Part shown: positions 16,990-29,149 of the stretch, piece after piece | Layout of the letters: each line of letters starts with the position of its first letter | Position numbering within the stretch: position 1 is the stretch's first letter | Position numbers and translations under genes: made by a program | Notes under the pieces: generated by a model | Told to the model about the DNA's origin: nothing | Databases searched by the model: none | The model's input: the letters and a program-made list of their open reading frames with translations, nothing else | From: the human T2T-CHM13v2.0 reference genome, Homo sapiens | DNA length: 64,000 nt | Assembly (NCBI RefSeq): GCF_009914755.1 | Contig: NC_060934.1 | Direction: 5' to 3' (one strand)

Positions 16990-17700
16990 CCTTGATTCCT
17001 GGACCTGTGAATCCTGGCTATGGGAGAAACAGTACCCTATATTGGATGCTGATTCAGAGCATACATAGACATCCGGAGAACTTTGCCCCAGCCCTGCTAA
17101 ATATTGTCACCTAGTTGGTGTTGTAATTGGGATTTCAAAAGGCCATTCCACCGTTCTATCAATCCAGCTCCTTCAAGATGATGGGGAACATGGTAAGCCC
17201 AGTGAATTCCAGGAGCATGAGCCCACTGCCACATTTCTTCACCATAAAGTGGTTGCCTTGGTCAGAGGCAATGCTGTGTGGAATACCATGATGGTGGATA
17301 AGATATTCCGTGAGTTCACAGATACAAGTCTTGGCAGAAGCATTGCATGCAGGATAGGCAAACCCATATCTGGAGTAAGTGTATATTCCAGTGAGGACAA
17401 ACCCCTGCCCTTTACATGGTGGAAGAGGTTCAATATAATCAACCTGCCACCAGATAGCTAGCTGATCATCCTGAGGAGTGGTGCCATATCGAGGGCTCAG
17501 TGTTGGTCTCTGTGGCTGACAAACTGGGCACTCAGCAGTGGCTGTAGCCAGGTCAGCCTTTGTGAGTGGAAGTCCATGTTGCTGAGCCTATGTGTAACCT
17601 CCATTCTTGCCACCATGGCCACTTTGTTCATGTGCCCATTGGGCAGTGACAGGGGTGGCTGGGGAAAGAGGCTGAGTGGTGTCCATAGAATGGGTCATCC
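16990..17700 (-). pseudogene. HERV-L integrase remnant
   Basis: WAHEQSGHGG zinc-finger histidines in ORF 17588-17857; core remnants (cttaccatgttccccatcatc..gctggattgatagaacggtggaatgg = YHVPHH..AGLIERWNG); frameshifted. Confidence 0.8.
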
Positions 17701-18222
17701 TATAGACTTGATTATTAAAATCCTCCTCTGCTGAGGTCATCCTTTGGTGAGCACTCACATGAGATACAAATATCTTCACAGTTTTTGACCACTCAGAGAG
17801 GTACATCCACATAACTCTTCCCCAAATTTCTTCGTCACCAATTTCCCAATTTCCCAATCATGCTTCTTTCAATTCCCTGACTGTCCAGACAAACCATTGG
17901 CTACAGTCCATGAATCAGTATATAATCGCACATCTGGCCATTTCTTCTTCCATGCAAAGTGCACAACCAGGTGCACTGCTCGCAATTCTGCCCACTGGGA
18001 AGATTTCTCTTTGATGCTTTCCTTCAGGGATGTCCTAGAAAGGGGCTGTAGTGCTGTAGCTGTCCACTTTCTGGTGGTGTCTGCATATTGTGCAGAGCCA
18101 TCAGTAAACCAGGCCTTTGTCTTCTTTCCCTCTGTCAACTGATCATAGGGAATTCCCCATGATGCCATTGGTGCATGCTTGGGGAGAGAAGGCAGGGTGG
18201 CAGAAGTGGGGATCATGGGCAT
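17700..18222 (-). pseudogene. HERV-L RNase H remnant
   Basis: AWFTDGS, SSQWAELRAV, LYTDS, HVSAH; frameshifted by an atttccca duplication near 17841. Confidence 0.85.
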
Positions 18223-18676
18223 TTAAGCCACTTTCTCATGTAACTTACTTGGACCTGCTTGAGCCTGATCACATATAACACTTCCATTTGATGATGGAAT
18301 GCTGCTGTGCATAACCCACTTTATGGCTAAATGGGTCAGAAAGCACCCAGTTCATGATAGACAGTTGAGGCTGCATGGTGTTTGATGATCCATAGTTGAA
18401 CGTTCAGTTTCTATCAAAGCCTAGTAACAGGCCAAGAGCTGTCTCTCAAAAGGAGAGTAGTTATCTGCAGAAGATGGCAGGGCTTTGCTTCAAAATTCTA
18501 GAGGCCTCTTCTGTGATTCACCTATGGGGGCTTGCCAAAGGCTACAAACAACAACTCCATCTGCCACTGGCAGCTCAAGCACCATTGGATCTGCTGGGTC
18601 ATATGGCCCAAGTAGCAGAGCAGCTTACACAGCAGCCTGGACCTGTTGCAGAGCCTTCTCCTATTCTGGACCCCAC

Positions 18677-19330
18677 TCAAAACTGGCAGCCTTTAGGGTC
18701 ACTCGATAAATGGGCCAGCCAGAATAACACACCCAAATGAAAAACATGTTCCCTCCAAAATCCAGATAGGCCCACTAGGCGTTGTCTTTTTTTCTTGATT
18801 GTATGAGGAGCCAAATGCAATAACTTATCCTTCACCTTAGAAGGAATATCTCGACAGGCCCCACACCACTGGACTCCTAGAAATTTTACTGAGGTAGAAG
18901 GTCCCTGAATTTTAGTTGGATTTATTTCCCTTCCTCTGGCGCACAAATGTCTCACCAATAAGTCTAGTGTGTTTGCTACTTCTTGCTCACTGGATCCAAT
19001 CAGCATAATGTCATCAATATAATGGACCGATGTGATTCCTTGTGGAAGTGAAAAGCCATCAAGCCCTCTCCAAATAAGATGATGACACAAAGCCAGAGAG
19101 TTGATATATCCCTGAGGGAGAACACTAAAGGTATATTGCTGGCCTTGCCAGCTGAGGACAAATTGCTTCTGGTAGGCCTTATGGACAGGAATGGAGAAAA
19201 AGGCATTTGCCAAATCAATGGCTGCATACCAGGTCTCAGGAGATGCATTAATTTGCTCAAGCAATGAAACCAAATCTGGTAGAGCAGCTGCAATTGGAGT
19301 CAACACTTGGTTAAGCTTACAATAGTCCAC
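18677..19330 (-). pseudogene. HERV-L reverse transcriptase core
   Basis: DYCKLN, IDLANAFFSIP, LPQGYINS, YIDD, VKFLG. Confidence 0.93.
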
Positions 19331-19642
19331 TGTTCATCTGTCTTCTGCACAGGCCAAATAGGAGAGTTGAACAGGGATGTGGTGGGAATCACCACTCCTG
19401 CATATTTCAAGTCCTTGATGGTGGCACTAATCTCTGCAATCCCTCCAGGGATATGATACTGTTTTTGATTTACTATTTTTCTAGGTAGAGGCAGCTCTAA
19501 TGGCTTCCATTTGGCCTTTCCCACCACAATGGCCCTCACCCTACCAGTCAGGGAGCCAATGTGGGGGTTCAGCCAGCTGCTAAGTATGTCTATACCAATT
19601 ATGCATTCTGGAACTGGGGAAATGACCACAGGATGATTCTGG
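19331..19642 (-). pseudogene. HERV-L protease C-terminus / RT N-terminus
   Basis: ECIIGIDIL, QKQYHIPGG, FNSPIWPVQKTD; frameshift before VDY. Confidence 0.85.
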
Positions 19643-19767
19643 TGCATTGTCAATGTGCAGTAATAGTTTGAATTTTTTTTTCCTGAGCAGTTGTTATTAA
19701 CAGTGGGTTTAAAATATTTAGTAAATCATGTGGTAAACAGATGTGCCATTACCCAGGCTTTGTTGTT

Positions 19768-20400
19768 TCATTTATAAAACACAGTCAGAGTAGATTTAGC
19801 ATAGTTCTTCAGGATCCTAGGATTTTCAGAATGGTAAACAAGCATTGGCTTCAGCTTAGATTCACCAGCTGCACTAGCCCCTAATAAGAAAGTCAGCCTG
19901 TCCGTAGAATCATTGAAGCTAGGCATTGACTTCTCCCCTCTAGCCATGAAAATCCTGCATGGCATCCTCTTCTGATGGAAAGCTGTTTTATCTACATTGA
20001 AAATCTGTTGTTCAGTGTAGCCACATTTATCAATGATCTTAGCTAGATCTTCTGAATAATTCGCTGCAGCTCCTACATCAGCACTTGCTATTTCATCTTG
20101 CACTTTTATGTTATAGATTTGACTTCTTTCCTTAAACCTCATAGGGCAACCTCTGGTAGTTTCAACTTTTCTTCTGCAGTCTTCTCATCTCTCTCAGCGT
20201 TCACAGAATTGAAGAGGTTTAGGGCCTTTCTCTGGATTAGGCTTAGGTTTAAGGAAGCATTGTGTCTGGTTTGATCTTCAGTCCAGATCACTAAAGCTTT
20301 CTCTATATTAGCAATAAGAATGTTCTGCTTTCTTTTCATTTGTGTGTTCCCTGGAGTAGCACTTACAGTTTCCTTCAAAGCCTTTTCCTTCCCATTCACA
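19768..20400 (-). pseudogene. Tigger1 transposase remnant (CENP-B/pogo DDE)
   Basis: [15 protein letters not shown]; [36 protein letters not shown]. Confidence 0.88.
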
Positions 20401-20933
20401 ACTTGGCTAACTTCGGCACAAGAGCCTTAGCTTATCAACGTGCCTTCTTCACTTGGCTTTATTATTTCCAGCTTTTGATTGAAAGTGAGAGATATTACTC
20501 TTTTTTTCACTTGAACACTTAGAGGTCATTGCAGGGTTATTAACTGGCCTAATTTCTTTCTTTCTTTCTTTCTTTTTTTTTTGCATCTCAGGGAATAGGG
20601 AAGCCCAAGGAATATGAGAGAGATGAGGAAACAGCTAGTTGGTGGAGCATCAGAACACACACAATGTTTATGGATTAAGGATGCTGTTTTGTATAGATGT
20701 GGTTTGTGGAGCCTCAGTACAATTACAATAGTAACATCAAAGATAACAGATCATATGTCACTATAACAAGCATAATAATAATGAAAAAGTAATGTGATCT
20801 GTGACATGGAGGCGTGAAATGAGCACATGCTGTTGGAAAACTAGTTCCAACAGACTTGCTCGATGCAGGGTTGCCACAAACCTTCAATTTGTAAAAAGTG
20901 CAATAAAACAATGCAAAAAACAATGCATTCCTG

Positions 20934-22325
20934 TATGTATATTCCACATTTTGAATTGTGGAAACAATGCAATAAAACAATGCAAAAAAATATATTCTTT
21001 TATGTGTATTCCACATTTTGTGTATCCATTCATCTTTTGTTGAACATTTGGGATGCTTCCATCTTTTGGCTCTGTGAAAAATCTTGCTATGAACATTGGT
21101 ACATACATAGTTTTTTGAGTCCCTGCTTTCATTCTTCTGAGTATTTACCAGAAGTGGAATTGTTGGGTCAAATGGCAATTCTATATTTAATTTTTAAAGG
21201 AAGTATCATATCGTTTTCTACAGTGGCCACACCATTTTACATTTCTACCAGCAGTGTACAAGTGTTTCAGTTTCTCCACATCCTCACCAACAATGTTACT
21301 TTCTATTTTCTGTTTTGTTTGTTTTTTATAATAGCTATTTTAAAGGGTGTGATGTGGAATCTCACTGTGGTTTGATTGGCTTTTCTCTAATGATGAGTGA
21401 TGTTGAGCATCTTTTTATATGCTATGGCCATCTGTCTATCCTCTTTGGAGAAATCTCTATCCAAGTCAATTCACTCACTGTGGTTTGATTGACTTTTCTC
21501 CAATGATTAGTGATGTTGAGCATCTTTTTATATGCTATGGCCATCTGTATATCTTCTTTGGAGAAATGTCTATTCAAGTGTTTTGTCCATTTTTAAGTTG
21601 GATAATTTTTAGTTGTTTGAGTTGTAGCAGTTTTTTTATATATTCTGGAAATCAGTCCTTTATTCAATATCAGATTTGCAAATATTTTTCACATTTTGTG
21701 AGTTACCCTTTCACACTGTTGATAGTGTCCTTTGATGCAAAACACTTTTAACTTGGATGAAGTACAATTAATCTATTCTTTCTTTTGTTGCTTGTGCTTT
21801 TGGTGTCGTATCCAAGAAATCATTGCCAAATTTTATGCCATAAATCTTTTCATCTATGCTATTTTAAGGGTCTTACAGTTTTTGCTCTTAGATGTTTGAT
21901 AAATTTTGAATTAATTTTTGGATATAGTGTAAGGTAATGGTTCAGATTTTTCCTTTTGCATGCTTTCTCATCACCGTTTGTTGAAAAGACTGCCCTTTCT
22001 CCATTGAATGGTTCTAGCATCCTTGTTGAAAATTGTTTGACCACATATATGAGGGTTTATTCTTTTACACTTGTCGATGTGTCTGGCATTATGTTCATAC
22101 CACACTGTTTTGATCACTGTAGCTTTGTAGTAAGTTTTGGAATTATGAAGCATGAGATGTCCAACTTTGTTCTCTTTCAGGATTGTTTTGGTTACTTGGT
22201 CCCCTGAGATTTCATATGGATTTTAAAACAGATTTTAAAACAATTCTGTCAAATAAAGTGTTTGAGATTTTGATAGGAATTGCATTGAGTCAGTAGAATT
22301 CCTTGGGGAGTATTCATTTCTTAAT
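20934..22325 (-). mobile_element. L1MA/L1MB host element, right part
   Basis: Antisense ORF2 3' region (MPFDPTIPLL.., SKTYYKATVIKTVWY in the ORF track); continuous with the segment ending at 15398. Confidence 0.88.
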
Positions 22326-22542
22326 AATGGTATCAATTTATTTTTGAAGCACTTGGAGAGCAAACAAAATCCACCCATAAGAGATGTTATCTCTGTTCAT
22401 TAGTCATTCAGTGAAAGCAAATTTTAGAAGATAGTTATGTAGAAAGTAGTGTTGGGAATGTCCACAGTAACACATTGCATTCTGGATAGTAAAGAGCCCT
22501 GAATTTTGTTGTTTAGATTATCTCAAGAATATAAGAAATCTA

Positions 22543-22882
<340 letters not shown>

Positions 22883-23149
22883 TTAGAAAATGCAAACTGA
22901 ACTACGGCTGGGTTCACTAATCTGCCCACTAAATGTAGTTCAGAGGGTTAAATTCACCCTGCCTTAGGTGAGCAGAAAACATCAAAACACCCTGTCATTT
23001 TGCAGAAACAACTCTAGATCTGGAAGTTGGAAAATGGAGAGTAATCATTCAGGTAGTTCATTTGCTAAAGAAGCAAAAGTAATAAAAATGATAATCAAAG
23101 TTATAAAGAAGAAATGTTTCCTGAGTTTAAGAATAAACATACATATTTA

Positions 23150-23560
23150 TATTTAAAAAAATCATCGATATCTTGAAAAAAGTGAAATACTTATAAACAG
23201 ATACTCTGTGGGAAAAAGTTATAGGTACACAGAGAAAAAAAACAGCTACCACAATCTTAATAGTATCTAGCCAGAATATAACAGTAGGTTCCCACAAAGA
23301 AATAAAGCTCAGGCTGCCATAATTCTATTTCATATCAATAAAACTTAGAAGACAATAGAACAGCGTCTGCAGAGGATTAAAGGAAGAATTTTTTTTACCC
23401 AAGAATTTCAAATCAAACAAAATTCTCTGTCAATGTGAACATAACCAAAAGACATTTTCAGATATGAAAGGTTTCAAAAAACTTAAAACATATGTATATT
23501 TTCTCATAAAAAATTTGAAGACACACCCCATTGGACTTAAACATGAAGCAAAATTAATAA
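23150..23560 (+). mobile_element. Ancient L1/HAL1 ORF1-like relic
   Basis: ctcaggctg..cttagaagacaatagaacagcg..cccaagaattt..aagacattttcagatatg resembles the ORF1 C-terminal region. Confidence 0.45.
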
Positions 23561-23891
23561 CTAAGAAATGGAGAAAATATAAAATAAATGTGTTTGCGGA
23601 ATAGCTGACCTGGACCCAAGCTAGCTGGCTAATAGTAGGTATCATCACACAGCCACAGGAGAAATGGAGGAAAATAGGCTCAGTGTCCTCTGAGGAACTT
23701 TTTGTTGCATGGTAAAATAGTGATATGCTGCTTTGCACAGTGCTTTTTTGAGAAGCTTGAGTTCATACTTATGAGGCTGCAGGTTAAACAAAAGAGTAAT
23801 ACAGCAAAAGATAGGTAGAATTGAGTTTTGACTTCCTAATTTGTGTCCCAAGGCTATTACCTCAAAGTGTCTCAGAAAATAATATACAGAA

Positions 23892-24203
23892 GGCCGGGCG
23901 CGGTGGCTCACGCCTGTAATCCCAGCACTTTGGGAGGCCGAGGGGGGCGGATCACGAGGTCAGGAGATCGAGACCATCCTGGCTAACACGGTGAAACCCC
24001 GTCTCTACTAAAAACACACACACACAAAATTAGCCGGGCGAGGTGGCAGGCGCCTGCAGTCCCAGCTACTCGGGAGGCTGAGGCAGGAGAATGGCGTGAA
24101 TTCCCGGGGGGCGGAGCCTGCAGTGAGCCGAGATCGCGCCATTGCACTCCGGCCTGGGCGACAGCGAGACTCCGTCTCAAAAAAAAAAAAAAAAAAAAAA
24201 AAA
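23892..24203 (+). mobile_element. AluYe5-like, full length
   Basis: Diagnostics gggcgaggtgg, ccggggggcggagcctgcag, gcgacagcgagac; exact 18-bp TSD agaaaataatatacagaa at 23874-23891 and 24204-24221. Confidence 0.9.
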
Positions 24204-26140
24204 AGAAAATAATATACAGAAAAAACAGTGCTTCATTGAGTACCTCTCACAAAATATGCTAAATGAGGCTGAATGTTAACTATATTTAAAACTTAAATAA
24301 ACATTTTTGTAATAAATCAACAATAGGCCATTGTTCAAGTACAGAAAGCAAGAGAACTGACTTGTTAGTTCTTCATGGAACTGAGGCTGATCACAGCTCA
24401 TTAGAAACAGAGAGAGAGTGGTCTAATTTCATTCTGATTTGGTAACATCACATCTGAATCTAGGTTTTGGTGCCGGCAACAGCAAGGTTAGAGTGGGACT
24501 AATAGCGAGAGACCACACCTCTCCTCTATAGCAGAGTTCTGGGAGCCAGGTGGGTCTGGGAACCTGCTGTGTGGTCAAATCTTCTGGTGAAGGGAGTGGA
24601 CAAGTAATTTCTAATGTGAAAAATATAAATGTGCAGGGATTGGGCAATAGGTGGATCATTACAAGAATTAGTGGTTGTGGTTTCAAACTGAAAACTAGAT
24701 AATGGAGGAAGAGATATTTTTAAAAAGGGTCACTTTAAAGTTTTCATGTCAACATATATGACATATTTATTCTGCAGAGCAAAAGTGCCATATCCGCAGG
24801 GGACTGAACATACTCTGCCTCTGGTGTGTCGGCCAAACCCTTCACACTTGTCTGAGGTCCAGGCAGGGCCAAGGCCCAAGGAAATGCTGGCAGGAATCTG
24901 ATCTAGAAAATTTACTCGTGTCTCCAGTGCTGTCAAAACTTCTTTGACATTTTTGGCCTGGTGAATGAGAGAATAAAATTTGATTTTGCCACACAGATCT
25001 TGTACTGTAACCCTCCAAGGTGAAGAAATTTCTAATTTAATAGTATGTTGGTCAAACATTCCCAGAGCCATCTGTGGCTGCTCCAGTGGAAGTTTGGCCT
25101 GTCTCTGTTGGGCAGCTAGTCTGTTCAGATTATTCCAATAGACTACAGTTCTTACCCAAAAGATGAGTCAAGTAATTCTGGGGCAAGAAAAGGCTCTTTT
25201 CATACAGTCTTTTAAGCCAAATGCAGATGATTCCCTGTAATCTGATTTTGGAATTATCCATGCTCCTACTCCCTTTATGGATGGTTAAAATTGGAAATAC
25301 CGATGACTAAGGTCAAAGAAACACTGAGGTTAAGAGCTTGTGTGCAGATAGGTGGCAAGAGTGTGGATTTGAATCTAGTGTTGGGCCACAACTTTGCTTC
25401 AGAGTTACCGTACTACAAAGGAAATCTACTTGTTTTATTAGTGAGGCCCTACAGCTCCAGGCCAAACTTTGGTCCAGAAGCTGCTACCTTTATTAACCTT
25501 TTCCTTCCCACCTCATGCCTCTTACCCCAATACCTCTACTCCTTATCCAGAGAACCACCTGTAGGAAGGACTCTGGAATGGGGCCACGTTAAAGGGATGT
25601 AATCATTTTGATTTTATTACTTCTCTCCAAACCTGTGGCTTATAGCTGTTTTCCATTCATCAAAATAATGACAGCCCTTTTGAATTAAACATGATTTTCC
25701 TTCTCAGGAAACAGAAGCTCAAAGGAAACATCAGAGTTAATTAGGGAAAGTGATATTGTAGCTGCTCACAGAAAGAATCCCATCAAAGGCAATGTTAAGG
25801 GGGATCCCAAATCATCAAAGCAGAGTCATTCAGTTGCAAATTGCTTTCTATTTCAGCTTCGTAGGGCGGACGATGTTCTGGGATCTTGCTGGGCTGCAGT
25901 TTGGCCAGCATAGTACAGGAAGAAGGCTGGGATGCAAACACAGGGCTCTACTAGTGGTGTCTAAAGAGAAGACCAGATGTCCCTAGAGGGGGAAAAAAAA
26001 GCTTGAAGATGGCCCATCTCTATGATTTTGAAGTTCACAAGGATTAACTTAGAGGATTCTCATTGTATGAAGTTTTTGTCTGAGTGGTGTCAAATAGGTT
26101 GTTTATTCTGTTATGTGTGCAGAAGTACTTGGTTTCTTGG

Positions 26141-26545
26141 TATCTTAGTTTGTTTACATTTCTATAAAGAGATAGCTGAGGCTGGGTAATTTGTAAAGAA
26201 AAGAGAGTTTTTTGACTCAAGTTCTGCAGGCTGTACAAGAAGCATTGCACCGACACCTGCTTCTGGTGAGGGTGTCAGGAAGCTTCTTCTCATGGAGGAA
26301 AAGGAAGGGGAGCCGGCATCACATGGTGAGAGAGAGGTGAGGAAGATGCCAGGCTCTTTTTAACAATCAGATCTTGTGGGAACTAACAGAGTGAGAACTC
26401 ATTCATTACTGCAAGGACAGCACCAAGCCATTTATGAGGGATCTGCTACCATTTCCCAAGTACCTCCCACCAGGCCCCACCTCCAACATTGGGGATCAAA
26501 TTTCAACATGAGATTTGTTGGAGACAAATATCTAAATTATATCAC
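26141..26545 (-). mobile_element. MST (MSTB-like) MaLR solo LTR
   Basis: tcttagtttgttt..ctgaggctgggtaatttgtaaagaaaagag..ccaggccccacctccaacattggggatc..aaattatatca. Confidence 0.88.
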
Positions 26546-27074
26546 TTAGGCTTCCAATTCAAATTTACCAACCTGCCACGTACAAGAGTCTGTGCTAGGT
26601 ACTGGCTCCCTTGTCCACTTCAAATACTTTGACAGGGCCTGTTTTTGATACCCAAAGTGATTGAAAAGATTGAAATCCAAAAGTGTTTGTGTATGTGTGT
26701 TTTGATTGGTTGTGACTTTGGCACAACTGAAGTAGACAACATTCTCCTCCTGCTTTAGGGTTTATAATATGCACTGTAAAATCAGTTTACTGATGTAATA
26801 TTCATTTGCTTCAAGTCTCTCTTAGTCTTAGATGGGTTTCTCATTCCAGGTACAGATGCTCCCTCTCCTCAACTGCTGAAACCCTGACAGGAGCAGTCTG
26901 TATTTTTTCTTTTCCAATGTAGTAGTCGTCCACGTAGTACTTGCACACTTTGAGTTCTACTTCTATTGTTCCTCTGACAGTGCTCACACTAAGGTGACCC
27001 ATGGTGTCTAGTCACTCATCTACTGAAATATTTTAGATCTGTCTCCCTTTGCCTTCCTGGCAGCAGTCACGCTG

Positions 27075-27450
27075 TAATATGGTTTGGCTGTGTCCCCACC
27101 CAAATCTCATCTTGAATTGTAGTTCCCATAATCCCCACATGTAGTGGGAGGTGCCTGGTGGGAGGTAATTTAATCATGGGGTTGGTTACCCTCATGCTAT
27201 TCTCGTGATAGTGAGTGAGTTCTCACAAAATCTGGTGGTTTTATAAGGGGCTTTTCCCCTTTTGCTAGGCATTTGTCTCTCCTGTTGCCTTGTGAAGAAG
27301 AACATATTTGCTTCCCCTTCTGCCATGATTGTAATTTTCCTGAGGCCTTCCCAGGCGTGAGGAACTGTGAGTCAACTAAACCTCTTTCCTTTATAAATTA
27401 TCCAATCTTGGGTATTTCTTCTTATAACAGCATGAAAATGGACTAATACA
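27075..27450 (+). mobile_element. THE1 (THE1C/D-like) MaLR solo LTR
   Basis: atatggtttggctgtgtccccacccaaatctcatcttgaattgtagttccc ... ggactaataca; 5-bp TSD cgctg/cactg. Confidence 0.93.
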
Positions 27451-27589
27451 CACTGTGACCACATACTCCCCATCTTTTAATCTCCTTGTCTATTATTTCC
27501 CTCTGCTTTTTTACTATTCTAATTCTCTTGAATGGCTTTCTAACAATTTTTTTCTCAACTCTTTTTCTTTGACTGCTTTGCTTTTAATT

Positions 27590-28850
27590 TTTTGATTCTT
27601 TGTTTAATCATAATCAAAATAAGGTTCATATATTCCAATTGCTTCATATGTCTCTTAAGTCTCTTTTAGTCAATTAGTTGGCAAATGTTCTCTGGAAAGG
27701 CCCAGATAGTACATATCTTAGTCCTTAGGGGCCATATAATCTCTGCTGCAACTAGTCAACTCTGTCACTATAGCACAAAAGCAGTCATAGACAATGCATA
27801 AATGAATGGACTTGGCTATATTCCAATAAAACTTTATTTACAAAAACAGTGTGGTGGCCCTATTGACCACAGTTTGCATACCACTGTTTCAATCTATAGG
27901 TGCTTTTGTTCTCCTATTTCCCCTATACAGTTTATTTGTTGAATACTTTGTATCATTTGTTTTATAGAATTTGCTATAGCTGAGTTTTGCAGGTTACATG
28001 TTCCTCTGTTGTCTGTATTTCCTGTCAATTTGTAAGAGATCTAGGGGCATGATCAAACCAGTTTTTTGCTTTTTTTTTTTTTTTGGCAAGACTACTTTCA
28101 AGGAGGTGATGTGTATTTCTGTCACCTGGTACATAATATGAGGTTGATTCTCCTTTTATGATGCTAGGAGCTATTGATGACCATTTCCTAGATCCACTGC
28201 TTCATCAGGGCTTTGCAAAGCAGTGCCTTTACACTTATGTCATTCCTTCTTCATTTACTAGCTGGAACATGTCTCTAAAGAAAATTTTTCCCTCATCAAC
28301 TGTTTTCTTATCCAGAAATATATCTTATATAGGAAAGGCAGGATAACTGATTATTTCCCTTGAATTGTCAGCTATCAAAATTTGAGTTACATAGAATCAT
28401 CCAAAATTGACTACTAAGGGCATTTTTTTTTTCTTTTGTATAACTTTGAACTCATGGATTTATTAGTATTTGAAGTGATTCAAACCATTGAATTAGTTGT
28501 GCGTTTATGGACCAGTGGGACCTTCTTCAAGGTGGTTCTTCCATTCTTTTGGTGAGCCCTCAGTGGGTTTTAAGACATTCTTTCCTCCAGGTATGAAAAA
28601 AATGTCCAGCACATCTTATACATTTGTTGCTCTAGACCTGAAATCAAGAACCTTTCTTCTTTTTAGTGGAAAGTATTAGAGACTGCAATCTGAGCCCTGA
28701 GATGTTTATTACTATCTACTTTATCTTTATTTCTAGTTTTGTTCAGTGAGTAAAGCTAGGAAATAGTGTTTTAAAGTTAATATCATCATGGGTTCATATA
28801 AAAGACCACAAGGATTTTACTGAACTGTGGTTATTTTGCATCCATTCAAA
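27590..28850 (-). mobile_element. L1MC-type 3' UTR relic (hosts MER58A)
   Basis: T-rich antisense L1MC-like motifs (gtctcttaagtctctttta, tttttggcaagactact, tgaactcatggattt). Confidence 0.55.
27671..27886. mobile_element. MER58A hAT MITE
   Basis: gttggcaaa..aaaggcccagatagta..caactctgtcactatagcacaaaagcag..ccaataaaactttatttacaaaaacag. Confidence 0.85.
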
Positions 28851-29149
28851 TTATTTATTTTAAAATCACCAAAAATTCTTTCTCTTTGTATTATGTCACT
28901 GTGGTGGTTATGACACCAAATCAATATAAAGTTATATTCATTTGTTTTATTCATTTTTTTATTTTTAGAAATTTTAAAATTTAATTTTGTTTAATAATTC
29001 CATAAACATTTTACAGAATTCCACAGTCAAAGTTATAAACCTGAGAAGTATAATTTTTCTCTTTGATGCCTGCCCTTCTGTTTCTTCATACCATTTACTG
29101 GTAACCATTAATATTTTTGGTTTGGTTTATCCTTTTTTTTTTTTTTAAA

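Larger units (their letters stand above)
16113..19642 (-). mobile_element. HERV-L internal region (pro-pol-dUTPase); 5' LTR and gag missing
   Basis: Ordered PR, RT, RNase H, IN and dUTPase segments on the minus strand with no env, which is HERV-L architecture. Confidence 0.95.
15399..20933 (-). mobile_element. Tigger1 DNA transposon (pieces 15399-15568 and about 19643-20933), interrupted by HERV-L
   Basis: TA|caggcatacct TIR at 15399 and ..attcctg|TA at 20933; transposase fragments in the ORF track. Confidence 0.9.

Noticed and set aside
18677-19330. 217-aa RT ORF with intact YIDD as an active or domesticated enzyme
   Set aside because: Frameshifted at both ends, non-ATG start, and no 5' LTR or gag; an ordinary HERV-L relic.
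24730-25071. 113-aa ATG-initiated minus-strand ORF in unique sequence
   Set aside because: No recognisable domain or convincing splice structure, and the length is within chance expectation for 64 kb.
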